From NCBI RefSeq assembly GCF_963921235.1, contig NC_086106.1:18848001-18912000 (forward strand): a stretch of 64,000 nt of DNA. Direction: 5' to 3'. Position 1 is the first letter of the stretch, and each line of letters opens with the position of its first letter. The notes beneath the pieces are model-generated. The model made no database searches, was not told the origin of the DNA, and was given only the letters and a program-made list of their open reading frames with translations. Both the position numbers and the translations under genes were made by a program. The DNA comes from Mobula hypostoma. Lineage: Eukaryota. Of the stretch, positions 26,087 to 38,027 are shown in pieces.

Positions 26087-26410
26087 CTTGAATGTTTTTC
26101 ACATCCTGCCTGACACTGGTGTTGGAGGGGGGATGAGACACTGTGCATCTGAAAACTGAGCCTTCCTTCCACTCCTCTGTGCTCACGGTCAGGACGTAGC
26201 TGGCAATGAAAGTCCCCGCCTGTTCCAGAGCAGTTGGTCTCACACTGATGTTGGAGGAGATCAGAAAGTCCCCTTTCTCCCAGGTGATGGTTATTTGGTC
26301 CGGGTAGAATCCAGAGGCAACACACTCGAGGGTGACTGTGTTCCCACTCTTGGTCTCTCCCTCTGGCGGTGGCAGCAGTCTGACTTTGGGACTTTTTGTC
26401 TCCAGTGGAA
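26087..26410 (-). CDS. IgW: CH4-like Ig C1-set exon downstream of the secretory exon, intact
   Basis: cctatcAG|TT CCA CTG...ATT CAA G|GTATGA; 324 nt, phase 1-1; TLECVASGFYPDQITITW...FRCTVSHPPS. Confidence 0.88.
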
Positions 26411-26493
26411 CTGATAGGCAAACAATGGAAATGTCAAACATTTTTACTGAGGTGACCAACGTTGTCCATTTTAATCGCTGACCTCTTGCCCAC

Positions 26494-26797
26494 CTTTGTT
26501 ACTTTTTGTCCGTGCTGATACTGGTGAGGTTGCAGAAGGTTGTTGGGCAGAGCAAGTGTACTCCACCCCACTGGTCCACTCCTCCACACTGGTCTGGAGT
26601 TGGCTGATCACTGTGTCTTGGGTTCCTTCCTCTCTCAGTTTTTTTGGTCACATTTGCTTTGATTTTCTCCCTCCTGTTCACCTTCCAGTGGATTTGGACC
26701 TGGCTCAGATCAGCACCCATAATCATACACACCAGAGTAGCGGTCTGGTTGATCCACATCTCTTCAATGGAGGGATTTTGGATAAAGACACACAACT
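26494..26797 (-). pseudogene. IgW: CH3-like Ig exon downstream of the secretory exon, with a +1 frameshift (real or assembly error)
   Basis: ctaatctAG|AG TTG TGT...AAC AAA G|GTGGGC; 304 nt versus 303 in paralogs; removing one A from the A7 run (26639-26645) restores ...EEWTSGVEYTCSAQQ... Confidence 0.8.
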
Positions 26798-27189
26798 CTA
26801 GATTAGAAACAGAAAACTTACAAACTGGACAATATCTATTGTCAGCTGGCTTGACAACTTCAGCTCAGATTTATCCTGAAGCTCAATTTGTGCAGAATTG
26901 TACAACGGAATGAAATCAGGTTTGTTTACAGAGTGGGTTGCTCATCTCTGTTTACAACCTTTGACTGAGAAAACAAAATCAAACATCAAGGAGCTTATTT
27001 CCTCGGGACCAAGTCGGGTCACAGCAGGGACTGCAGGACAGTCCCCCAGCTACGTCACATTTAACTGCTGTAAAGCCAATAAAATACACTATTTGAGCTG
27101 CAAATTGTGAGAGGAGATGCAGTTTCTGATCAAAGGCAACTTTTCCTGAAATCTTCCTGTCTCAGGAAGGGAATTTGTGGGAAGACACA

Positions 27190-27500
27190 CCAGTCTTCAT
27201 TGAGGGATCAGCAGTGGAAAGGCTGAGCAGTTTCCAGTTCCTGGGTGTTAATATCTCTGAAAATCTATCCTGAGTCAACATATTGATGCAATAACAAAGA
27301 AGGCATGACAGTGGCTGCATTTCATTTGGAGATTGAGTACGTTGGTATGTCGGTAAAGACTCTCTCAGATTTCTACAGGTGTACCATGGAGAACATTCTG
27401 TTTCACAATCGGAAAAAAGCTGCAGGAGGTTGTAAACTCAGCCAGCTCCATCATGGGCACCAACCACCCCAGGGTTGATGACACCTTCAACAGGCGATGC
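27190..27500 (+). mobile_element. Rex/Babar-type LINE fragment
   Basis: VERLSSFQFLGVNISENL-like segment followed by degenerate C-terminal RT sequence. Confidence 0.55.
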
Positions 27501-28164
27501 CTCAGGAAGGAGGTGTTGTGTATTTGCAACCTATCTTAGTATTAATTAGACAGTGCATATATCACCACTCGATGCTTTATGCTCTTGACCTGTCTTTATT
27601 TCTCATTCTCGCTTCCATGCTCCCTCAGTCATGTGTTGTTCTGTCCTAGACTGATGACCAAACTTGACAAGTGTCAAAACTACATTAACTGACCTTACCA
27701 TTTCAATACATGACATTGCTCCTTTCCTGAGAAATGAACTGCAGTGTTTTAGTACACATTCAACTCACAGATTTAATTATTTCAATTCAGCAGTATTCTC
27801 TGATATGCATGACTATAACCAACACATTTTCTGTTTCAACCTAATGATAACTCTGGAACTGAAAACCTCATTTTTAACTTACAACTGTTTACGTTGTTTC
27901 AAACTCACAACTTAAAGCTCTACTTCAATCCAAAATCGTTAAACTTCAGTGGTTGTTTCCTAACCCTTTGAGGTTTCTCTTTGCTTTCAATGTTTTGTAA
28001 TGACTTTTGCTCACGGTGAAGCTACACTTGTCCATAACTGTCCATCATTTTGTCCTCCTGTCTCGGTACCTCATTGTGAAATCCTTGAATTTTCTTCTTT
28101 TTGCCAAGAGTCTGTCTTGTGTTGAACTTTTTTACGTATTCTGTTCCTTGCATACTGCACTCCA

Positions 28165-30400
28165 ATGGGAGATTCAACTACCTTTTGAGTTCCTGTTTTC
28201 CTCATCACCCTGTGATGTGTGCTGTTGAACGGTGTGCTGAATTTCTCCACTTTTTCTTGCTGGATAAGCACAGTGTCCCCAACTTTTACAGTAGACTCCT
28301 GTGCTCCTCTGTGGTCGTCTGCATACAGCTTGTACTTTCCCTTCCGTTCTGCATCCTGATCTCCAACTTCCAGTTCTGCTGTCTGTACCTCCTTGATGTC
28401 TGGTAACCCATCTCTGCAGCATTCTACTAGTCACAGGTCTCCAGTCAGAGAGGTAACCATCTACAACCAGTCTCTGGCTTCTCTCACAAAGCCAAAGTCT
28501 AATCCAATTTACTACCTTATCTTCAATGCTGAGCAGCTGATCTTTCCTGACCATCCTCCTATGGGGTGCAGATGTAGATGTAGATACACCCTATCCTTGT
28601 TATATGCGGGGGTTACGTTCCTCGCAGTCGATGCGTAATATGAATAATTATTTAAATGGAGAAAATAGGGATGCGTTCCAGAGGGCTTCCTAAATATGTT
28701 TTATCTGTAATTTGTTCACATCTTCATACTAATACAACACAAAAGCAGTACCACAAGGCAACATTTGTATTATATTTCATCAGTTTAAGGTAATATTCAG
28801 TGTAATAAGTCATAGAAAGTTAACATCCTAGGGTGTACAGTACTCACTAACAGTGGCAGGTGTGTTCGCTCCAGGAGATGAGTGGTTGTTGTGGTGTCGG
28901 GCAGCTTTACATAGATAAGGTGGATGGCTGCGGTCGTCAGGATCATATCAAGCACTGCAAGGGGTGAAGGAAGACTCACAGAACTCTTAGAACTGCTGGC
29001 AGCAGGAGATGACACCGATTTGAAGAAAGTGGTGAGGGCTGTTTTTCAGCTTAAATTTGCTTGTAGGGAAGAAGGGTTCATGGCCGGGAATGGCTGAAAT
29101 GCTGACTCTGTTCTAAACTTGGGTCCATGTCCATTGCCATTTGTGCCAAGTGTTCCGACTTCCACCATTCCCTCACTGTTGGTAAAGTCCCGGGATTTTC
29201 AAAATCATCTGTAGCTTGCAGCATCTGAGAGATAGTTCGCTGTAACAGAAAAACACCTTGAATGTGGATCACACCTTGGTCGAGTGGTTGAATCAACGAT
29301 GTTGTGTTAGGCGGCAGGAAATGCACTGTTATGTTAGGATGAATGTTGTTCAAATGTTTAGGATGGGCTGGCGCATTGTCAAGCAACAAAAGAACTTTCA
29401 AGGCAAGATTCTGTTCCTGGTAGTAGCGTCCCAGAGCTGTGTTACCTTCAGCTGATGCCGTGTTGTTTATAATTTCCAACTTTTTTCCAAGTGTTAAAGC
29501 GGTTCTCTGCCGTGTGGCTGATGGCCCAGGACATGACATCGGACGCTTTGGAAGCATAGTTAAATATTTCAAGTACAAAATCACTGCACCATAGATAAAA
29601 GAAACAAAAGTTTAAGAGCACAAGATCACGCATCCACACCTTGCCAAAACCAATGCGAGAGTGGCAGGAGTGAGGTTGTGAAGCACGTGGACCTGACTTG
29701 TATTGGCGGGAAAGCGGTGCTTCTCATCCCAACAGTGAGACTGTGAGATGTGCGCACGTGTCTTGTATTGGCGGGAAGGCAGTGCTCCTTGCACAACTGT
29801 GAGCTTTGGACGCATATAACGAGACGTTGGTAGAAACAGGTTCCTCGCATAACTGTGAATCCGCATTGTCTGAAGACGCATATAACGAGGATAGGGTGTA
29901 CATACAGTCCATGTAGATAACATCTACTATCTTCCCTTCATCAAATTTCCTGGTAACTTCCTCAAAAAACTCTATAAGATTGGTGTGACATGACCTACCA
30001 AGCACAAAGCCATGTTGACTATACTTAATCAGTCCATGTCTATCCACATACTCAGATATCTGGTCCCTTAGAATACCTTCCAATAACTTTCACACTACAG
30101 ATGTCAGGCTCACTGGCCTATAATTTCCTGGTTTACTTTTTCAGTCTTTTTTAAACAGTGGAACAACAACAGCTATCCTACAATCAGCTGGGCTGTCAGC
30201 TGCTGCTAAAGATGTTTTAAATATCATTGCTAGGGCCCCTGCAATTTTTGCATTTCCTCCCACAAATTACACCCTAATTTGCCTCAAGACAGCAAACACC
30301 TTCTCCTCTGTAATGTGTATCAGGAGCATGTTCACGCTGCTGCTTTGCCTCTCTTCAATGGACTGTCCATCTCCCAAGTAAATACAGATACAAAAAATCC
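28165..30400 (-). mobile_element. CR1 RT fragments split by the Tigger insertion
   Basis: SQHGFVLGRSCHTNLIEFFEEVT..DVIYMD on one side; VVNWIRLWL..RSQRLVVDG..SDWRPVTS on the other. Confidence 0.75.
28587..29898 (-). mobile_element. Tigger/pogo (Tc1-mariner superfamily) DNA transposon, internally deleted
   Basis: TIRs CACCCTATCCTTGTTATATGCG / CGCATATAACGAGGATAGGGTG flanked by TA...TA; DDE_1 remnant KVLLLLDNAPAHP...FLPPNTTSLIQPLDQGVI. Confidence 0.92.
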
Positions 30401-30414
30401 ATTTAAGATCTTCT

Positions 30415-30550
30415 CAAACACGAGGAAATCTGCAAATGCTGGAAATTCAAGCAACACACACAAAAAATGCTGGTAAACGCAGCAGGCAAGGCAGCATCTA
30501 TAAGAAGAGGTACAGTCGATGTTTCGGGCCGAGGCCCTTCATCAGGAAGA
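30415..30550 (-). mobile_element. Penelope-like terminal repeat with a degenerate hammerhead
   Basis: Minus strand CTGATGA-AGGGCCTCGGCCC-GAAA-CATC-GACT. Confidence 0.7.
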
Positions 30551-30811
30551 TTTAATACATTGTGCAGTCCTACACAGGGTTGCAATCCATTCAAAGGTGG
30601 CAGAAGAAGGTCTGAGAATGTACACACAAACTCAGAGATTTGTGGTGAATCATGTTTGTAGTTTAATTTGGTTCTTGATCTTAATTTCATTTTTAATTAT
30701 TTTAAAAGGTCCAGGCTTTTATCATGTTTTAATCAGTTAAATAATCCTCTGTGGTAGTTAATAATCATAAAACTAACATAACTAGGGTTTCATGGATTGA
30801 ATCACACAGTA

Positions 30812-31197
30812 TTACACACAAGATTTAAAACTATCAGTCAGAACAAGTGAGACATTGACCAGGGTGGGTTTGCTGTGAGATTTATTGATGCTTCGGAACA
30901 GGTTGGTTGTGAGCGACTTGTGACCCACCACACAGGAGAAAGTGGTGCCGCTATTCCACTCCTCAGGAGAAACCTTCAGCTGACTGGTCATTGTGTTCCA
31001 GCCATTTCTGGGGTCCTTGGTCACTGGCTGGTTCACAAACCCTGTCTTCAGAAGGGTGTCATTGGCCATCCAGGCTACATAGATGTCTGCGGGAAAGAAC
31101 TTGGTGATCAGACACATCAAGGTCACAGTCTGATCGGTGTCTACCTCATCCGATGAAGGAGGGAGGAGGTAGACATGAGGACGAGTCACAACACCAG
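30812..31197 (-). CDS. IgW: Terminal CH6-like domain plus secretory tailpiece
   Basis: ctctctgttccAG|CT GGT GTT; PHVYLLPPSSDEVD...TLMCLITKFFPADIYVAWMAN...FSCVVGHKSL...KPTLVNVSLVLTDSFKSCV*; tailpiece has the N-V-S glycan site and penultimate Cys; ATTAAA signals at 30662-30733. Confidence 0.93.
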
Positions 31198-32387
31198 CTG
31201 GAACAGAGAGAATCTCAGTTAGAATGAATCTTCCAATAATTCCCTACTTACCCGACACATTCTGGTCTTGCATCAACATGAACAATTTCTAAATCTGAGA
31301 GGCTTCATTTTATCTGAAACTAAAGGCTTTTCCCTTTCTGCTCATTGTTGGGATTGGTGGAGTGGAAATCTTGAATCTTATTTTTATCAATCTCTTTATT
31401 GATTTAAAAAGAGCACATATACAAACAAGTGGAGAATTATCTCAAAAATATGTATCTCTAACAATACAAACAGAAAGTGAAATAAACATTATCAAAATCT
31501 ACATTGTATTAAGCTAATATGTAGTATATAATAAAAAAGAAGACAGCTAATTCTCCTGTTATCAGTTCATAAAGAGAGAAAAAAAAACTTTAAATTTTAA
31601 TAAAGAAAAGAAAAAAAAACACTGCATTATGTGAAAAAAGGAAAAAAAAAGGGGGACTGGGCAGTCCATTCTGAGGATACGACCAAAAAAAAAGGAAAGA
31701 CTTTCTGATCAAATGTAGAACTTCAAAAATAAATAATTGTAAGAGTAATAAATCAAATCAAATGAAAATATTGAATAATTGCTCTTAGGATGAGGCCTTT
31801 CATTCCAGGAAGAAGGAGATGTCCTCCTTTTTTAAAGAAAGGGGCTTCCTTTCCTCCACCATCCACTCTGCTCTCAAAAGCATCTCTCCCATTTCACACA
31901 CATCTGCTATCACCCCATCCTCCAGCCACCCCTCAAGGAATAGGGTTCCCTTGTCCTCACCTACCACCCCGCCAGCCTCCGGGTTCAACATATTATTCTC
32001 CGTAACTTCCACTACCTCCAATGGGATCCCACCACTAAGCACATCTTTCCCTCCCCTCTCTCTGCTTTCCGCAGGGATTGCTCCCTACGTGACTCCCTTG
32101 TCCATTCGTTCCCCCATCCCTTGCCACCGATCTCTCTCCTGGCACTTATCCTTGTAAGCGGAACAAGTGCTACACATGCCCTTACACTTCCTCCCTCACC
32201 ACCAATCAGGGCCCCAGACAGTCCTTCCAGGTGAGGTGATACTTCACCTGTGAGTCGGCTGGGGTGATATACTGCGTCCGGTGCTCCCGATGCGGCCTTC
32301 TATATATTGGCGAGACCTGACACAGGCTGGAAGACCGTTTCACTGAACACCTATGCTCTTTCCGCCAGAGATAGCAGGATGTTCTAC

Positions 32388-32898
32388 GAGTCTGTGATGG
32401 CCAGTGCTATCATATTTGCTGTTGTGCTGGGGCAGCAGGCTGAGGGTGGTAGACACCAACAGAATCAACAAACTCATTCGTAAGGCCAGTGATGTGTGGG
32501 AATGGAACTGGACTCTCTCACGGTGGTGTCTGAAAAGAGGATGCTGTCTAAGTTGCATGCCATCTTGGTCAATGTTTCCCATCCACTACATAATGTACTG
32601 GGTGGGCACAGGAGTACATTCAGCCAGAGACTCATTCCACCGAGATGCAGCACAGAGCATCATAGGAAGTCATTCCTGCCTGTGGCCATCAAACTTTACA
32701 ACTCCTCCCTTGCAGGGTCAGACATCCTGAGCTAATAGGCTGGTCCTGGACTTATTTCATAATTTACTGGCATAATTTACATATTACTATTTAACTATTT
32801 ATGGTTCTATTACTATTTATTATTTACGGAGCAACTGTAACGAAAACCAATTTCCCCCAGGATCAATAAAGTATGACTATGACTATGACTATGACTAT
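32388..32898 (+). mobile_element. Rex/Babar 3' fragment with an (ATGACT)n tail, nested in the Penelope-like element
   Basis: SHPLHNVL...RKSFLPVAIKLYN; AATAAA then ATGACT repeats at 32872-32898. Confidence 0.8.
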
Positions 32899-33379
32899 CT
32901 CCCAGTGACCACACATTTTAATTCCATGTCCCATTCCCATTCTGAAATGTCTATCCACAGCCTCCTCTACTGTCAAGATGAAGCCACACTCAGTTTGGAA
33001 GGACTACACCTTATATTCTGGATAGCCTCCAACCTGATGGCATGAACATTGACTTCTCTAACTTCCGTTAATGCCCCATGTCCCCTTCGTACCCCATCTG
33101 TTGGTTATTTATCTTTTATTATTATATATATATTTTTTTCTCTCTCCTTTTTCTCCCTCTGTCCCTCTCACTGTACATCTTGCCCATCCTCTGGGCTTTC
33201 CCCTCCCCCTTTCTTTCTCCCTTGGCCTCCCGTCCGTCCCATGATCCTCTCATATCCCTTCTGCCAATCAACTTTCCAGCTCTTAGCTCCATCCCTTCCC
33301 CCTCCTGTCTTCTCCTATCATTTCGGTTCTCCCCCTCCCCCTCCCATTTTCAAATCTCTTACTATATCTTCTTTCAGTT

Positions 33380-33415
33380 AGTCCTGACGAAGGGTCTCGG
33401 CCCGAAACGTCGACT
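33380..33415 (+). ncRNA. Minimal type I hammerhead ribozyme
   Basis: AGTC / CTGACGA / A / GGG-TCTCGG-CCC / GAAA / CG-TC / GACT: complete core, 4-bp stem I, 3-bp stem II, loop-less palindromic stem III (ACGT). Confidence 0.75.
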
Positions 33416-35814
33416 GTACCTCTTCCTATAGATGCTGCCTGGCCTATTGCGTTCACCAGCAATTTTTATGTGTGTTGCTCCAAATTCTTAATGTATGTTT
33501 AACAATGGAATTAAAGTCTTGTCTACTGATCTTAGAAAACAAAAATGGAAGAGGAGCTTCCAGTAAAGAGGCCAAAGAGAACCTCTTCACTGAGTTTTCC
33601 TCCAAATCCAACCATGAAGGACATTTGAATAATGAATCCAAAATTAATATATCTAATATTAATTGCCCAATAATACATTCTAAAATTTGGCAAAACCATA
33701 CTACCATCCTTTTTTATTTTCTGCAATACAGCTTTACTCAATCTAGGATTTTTATTATTCCAAATATACGATAAGATTATCGAGTCTATTCTGTCAAAAG
33801 ATGTTTTAGGACCGAAGGAAGGAAATATATATAAAAATTTCAGTAGAACTATCATTTTAATAGCATTAATTCGACCTATTAATGATAATGTCATAGGTGA
33901 CTATTTAGAAAGCATTTGTCGGGTGTAATCAATTAATGGGAGAAAATTATATTTATACAGGTCCTTTAAAATTTTTAGTAATTTTAATACCAAGATAAAT
34001 AAAGTAATATTTAGCAATACTAAAAGGTACTTGATGTTATTGATCTGAGTAATTATTAATGGGAAATAACTCACTTTTATGTAAATTTAATTTATATCCA
34101 GAAAAACTACTGAATTCAGAAAATATAGACAACATAGAAGGAATAGATTTCCTAGGATCTGAAATATAAACTAAATATAATCTGAAATATAAACTCTGTA
34201 TACAACGAAACCTTGTGTACTTTGTCCCCTCTCTGAATACCCGGAACAGTATTGGAATCTCTAAGAGCAATAGCAAGGGGTTCTAAAGCCAAGTTAAATA
34301 ATAAAGGGCTTAGAGGACATCCCTGCCGAGTGCCTCTGTATAATCTAAAGTAAGGAGAGTTTTGATTATTGGTTATAACTGCAGCCATAGGGGCTTGATA
34401 GATCAATTTGATTCAGGAAATAAATCGTAGACCAAAATTAAATCTTTCCAAAACCTCAAGTAAGTAAGACCACTCCACCCTATCCAAGGCTTTCTCTGCA
34501 TCAAGAGAAACAATACATTCAGATTCTTTTGATGAAGAAGAGTGAATAATGTTTAATAATCTTCCAATGTTAAAATGCGAATATCTATTTTTAATAAATC
34601 CAGTTTGATTATTGGAAATAACACTAGGTAAAATACTCTGAAGTCTATTGGCCAAGATCTTAGAAAGAATTTTAAAATCCACATTCAGTAGAGTGATTGG
34701 TCTATAGGAAGCGCATTCAGATAAATCTTTTTCTTTGGGGGAATTAATGAGATTGATGCTTCATAAAAAGTTTTCGGGAGATTCCCAGAGGATATAGAAT
34801 CAGTGAAAATTTGACATAAATCAGATGAAAGTATTTCAGTGAAAGTCTTATAAAATTCCACTGTATATCCATCTGGTCCCGGAGCCTTACCTGGTTGGGA
34901 AGAGGATATAGCTCTTGCTATTTCCTCTTATTTAATAGGTGCATCTAATGTATTCATATCTTGGATAGAAATTTTAGGTATATTCATTTTTTGCAAAAAT
35001 CTATTCATAAAAGTAATATTGCCTGAAAATTCAGATTTATAAAGGTTAGAGTTGAAATCCATAAATACCTTATTAATTTCATAAGGATCTACCATTTCGG
35101 TTCTATCAGGTCTTCGTATTTTCAGGATCTGTCTTCCAGCTATATTTGCTTTTAATTGACCAGCCAATAATTTGCCTGACCTGTCCCCATGTATATAAAA
35201 TTGACTTTTAGATTTAAGAAGTTGTTGCTCAATAGGAAAAGTCAAAAGAAAATCATGCTGTGTTTGGAGTTCCACCCTTTCCTTAAATAGATCTTCACTA
35301 GGCATTACTGAATAAACTTCATCTATTTCTTTAATGCTATTAGTAATCACTAGAAGTTCAGCCTTGGTTTTCCTTCTTAAACCTGCTGAGTATGAAATTA
35401 TCTGCCCCCTAAGAAAAGATTTCATCATATCCCAAATAACCAAATTTGCCATTCCTTCAGTTGTATTTAAGTCAAAAAATAGAGAAATTTGCTCTTTAAT
35501 AAAATTTACAAAGGTTGAATCTTGTAACAATGTAGCATTAAATCTCCACTGAGGTATCTTCAAAATATTATCCGAAAACTTCAAAGTTAATTTCATGGGT
35601 GCATGATCCGACAACGCAATCACGTCATATGCACAATCAGCAACAGTGGGCACCAATTGCATGTCCAGCAAAAAAAAAATCAATTCTTGAGTATTTATGG
35701 TATATATGTGAAAAAAAGAAAAATCCTTATCTTTAGGATGTCTAACTCTCCAAATATCAACCAACCCATATTCTAATAAAAAAGAATTAATACAAGTCAC
35801 AACTTTATTAGGAA

Positions 35815-37022
35815 CATATAGAACATAGAATGGTACCGCACAGTACAGGCCCTTCGATCCACAATGTTGTGCCGACCCTTACACCCTGCCTGCCATATAA
35901 CCCCCCACCTTAATTCTTCCATATATCTGTCTAGTTATCTCTTAAACTTCTCTAGTGTATCTGTCTCCACCACTGAGTCAGGCAGTGCATTCCACGCACA
36001 AACCACTCTCTGAGTAAAAAACCTTCATCTGATATCCCCCTTGAACTTTTCACCCCTTACCTTAAAGCCATGCCCTCTTGTATTGAGCCGTGGTGCCCTG
36101 GGGAAGAGGTGCTGACTATCCACTCTATCTATTCCTCTTATTATCTTGTACACCTCTATCATGTCTCCTCTCATCCTCCTTCTCTCCAAAGAGTAAAGCC
36201 CTAGCTCCCTTAATCTCTGATCATAATGCATACTCTCTAAACCAGACAGCATCCTGGTAAACCTCCTCTGTAGCCTTTCCAATGCTTCCACATCCTTCCT
36301 ATAGTGAGGCGACCAGAACTGGACACAGTACTCCAAGTGTGGCCTAACCAGAGTTTTATCGAGCTGCATTATTACATCACGACTCTTAAACTCTATCCCT
36401 CGACTTATGAAAGCTAACACCCCATAAGCTTTCTTAACTACCCTATCCACCTGTGAGGCAACTTTCAGGGATCTGTGGACATGTACTCCCAGATCCCTCT
36501 GCTCCTCCAGACTACCAAGTATCCTGCCATTTACTTTGTACTCTGCCTTGCAGTTTGTCCTTCCAAAGTGTACCACCTCACACTTCTCCGGGTTGAACTC
36601 CATCTGCCACTTCTCAGCCCACTTCTGCATCCTATCAATGTCTTTCTGCAATCCTTGACAATCCTCTACACTATCTACAACACCACCAACCTTTGTGTGG
36701 TCTGTGAACTTGCCAACTCACCCTTCTACCGCCACATCCAGGTCGTTAATAAAAATCACAAAAAGTAGAGGGCCCAGAACAGATCCTTGTGGGATACCAC
36801 TAGTGACAATCCTCCAATCTGAATGTACTCCCTCGACCATGAGCCTCTGCCTTCTGCAGGCAAGCCAGTTCTGAATCCACCTGGCCAAATTTCCCTGGAT
36901 CCCATGCCTTCTGACTTTCTGAATAAGCCTACCATGTGGAACCTTGTCAAATGCCTTACTAAAATCCATATAGATCACATCCACTGCACTACCCTCATCT
37001 ATATGCTTGGTCACCTCCTCAA
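35815..37022 (-). mobile_element. CR1 3' fragment nested in L1 ORF2
   Basis: [44 protein letters not shown]; (AGAACAT)-type tail at ~35815. Confidence 0.9.
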
Positions 37023-37996
37023 GTGTTGGATTGGTGGATGATCTGTCAATCAACGGATTGAGACAGCAGTTGAAGTCACCACCCATAATCAACTTATATT
37101 CATTTAAATTTGGCAGCACAGAAAATAGCTTCTTAAAAAATTCAGGGCTATCTATATTAGGTGCATAAACACACACCAAAGCCACCTTTTGACCACATAA
37201 CAGACCAGTAACAATTAAATATCTTCCAATTAAATTAGTAACAGTATTAAAATGTACAAAAGGGATTTTAGAATTAATAAAAATAGATACCCCTCTTATT
37301 TTATTTACTGATAAATAATGAAATAAGGGTTCCTTCCAAAATTAAATAAACGACTTTCATCCTGCCTACGGATATGAGTCTCCTGCGCAAAAATAATATC
37401 TGCATGAAGTGTTTTTAATTTCTTAATAATCTTTCTGCATTTAATAGGTTGGTTCATACCATTCAGATTCCAAGATATTATGTTAATTTTATTAAGATCC
37501 ATATTTAAAGTTTAATTTAAAATTTTATAAAGTAAGCTAATCTGCAGGCGCAGACTAAGTCCGAAGAAAGGACAAAGCATGACTCGATCAGAAAGAAAAC
37601 CAAGATAATTCACAAAAAAACCTCTCAGGACTGCCCAGCTGAGAAAAAACTCTAATCTAATAGACCCACCCCCCCCCCTCCCCCGGAGACCCTGAAACCG
37701 TCCAATAGGCAGACAGTATGCCACTCTAATGACCCTTGACACGGTCTCTAGTTAGCAGCCCCTGTTTACAAAGTAATACGTTACCACCACCAAAAAGACA
37801 TAACAAAGGATACATAAAAAAAAACAAGTTCCAAATATTTTCGTATTACGTCTAACCATAGTTAACACCTTACTAACAACGGCCATCTCAAAGTCATTTA
37901 AAATACGTGACCATGTATTCAAAAAAAGATAAATCCAACCAACTAATATACTACAACTAATGTTAAAGACTTACAAATCAAAGAAAAAATAAGTAA

Positions 37997-38027
<31 letters not shown>

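Larger units (their letters stand above)
31789..33479 (+). mobile_element. Penelope-like element (RT C-terminus, GIY-YIG endonuclease, 3' repeat) nested in the L1
   Basis: GTYPCKRNKCYTC...GVIYCVRCSRCGLLYIGET...RF.EH at ~32140-32350; terminal hammerhead. Confidence 0.88.

Noticed and set aside
30881-30886. AATAAA inside the CH6 coding sequence
   Set aside because: Encodes Asn-Lys of the INKS motif; use would give a non-stop mRNA, and ATTAAA signals exist after the stop
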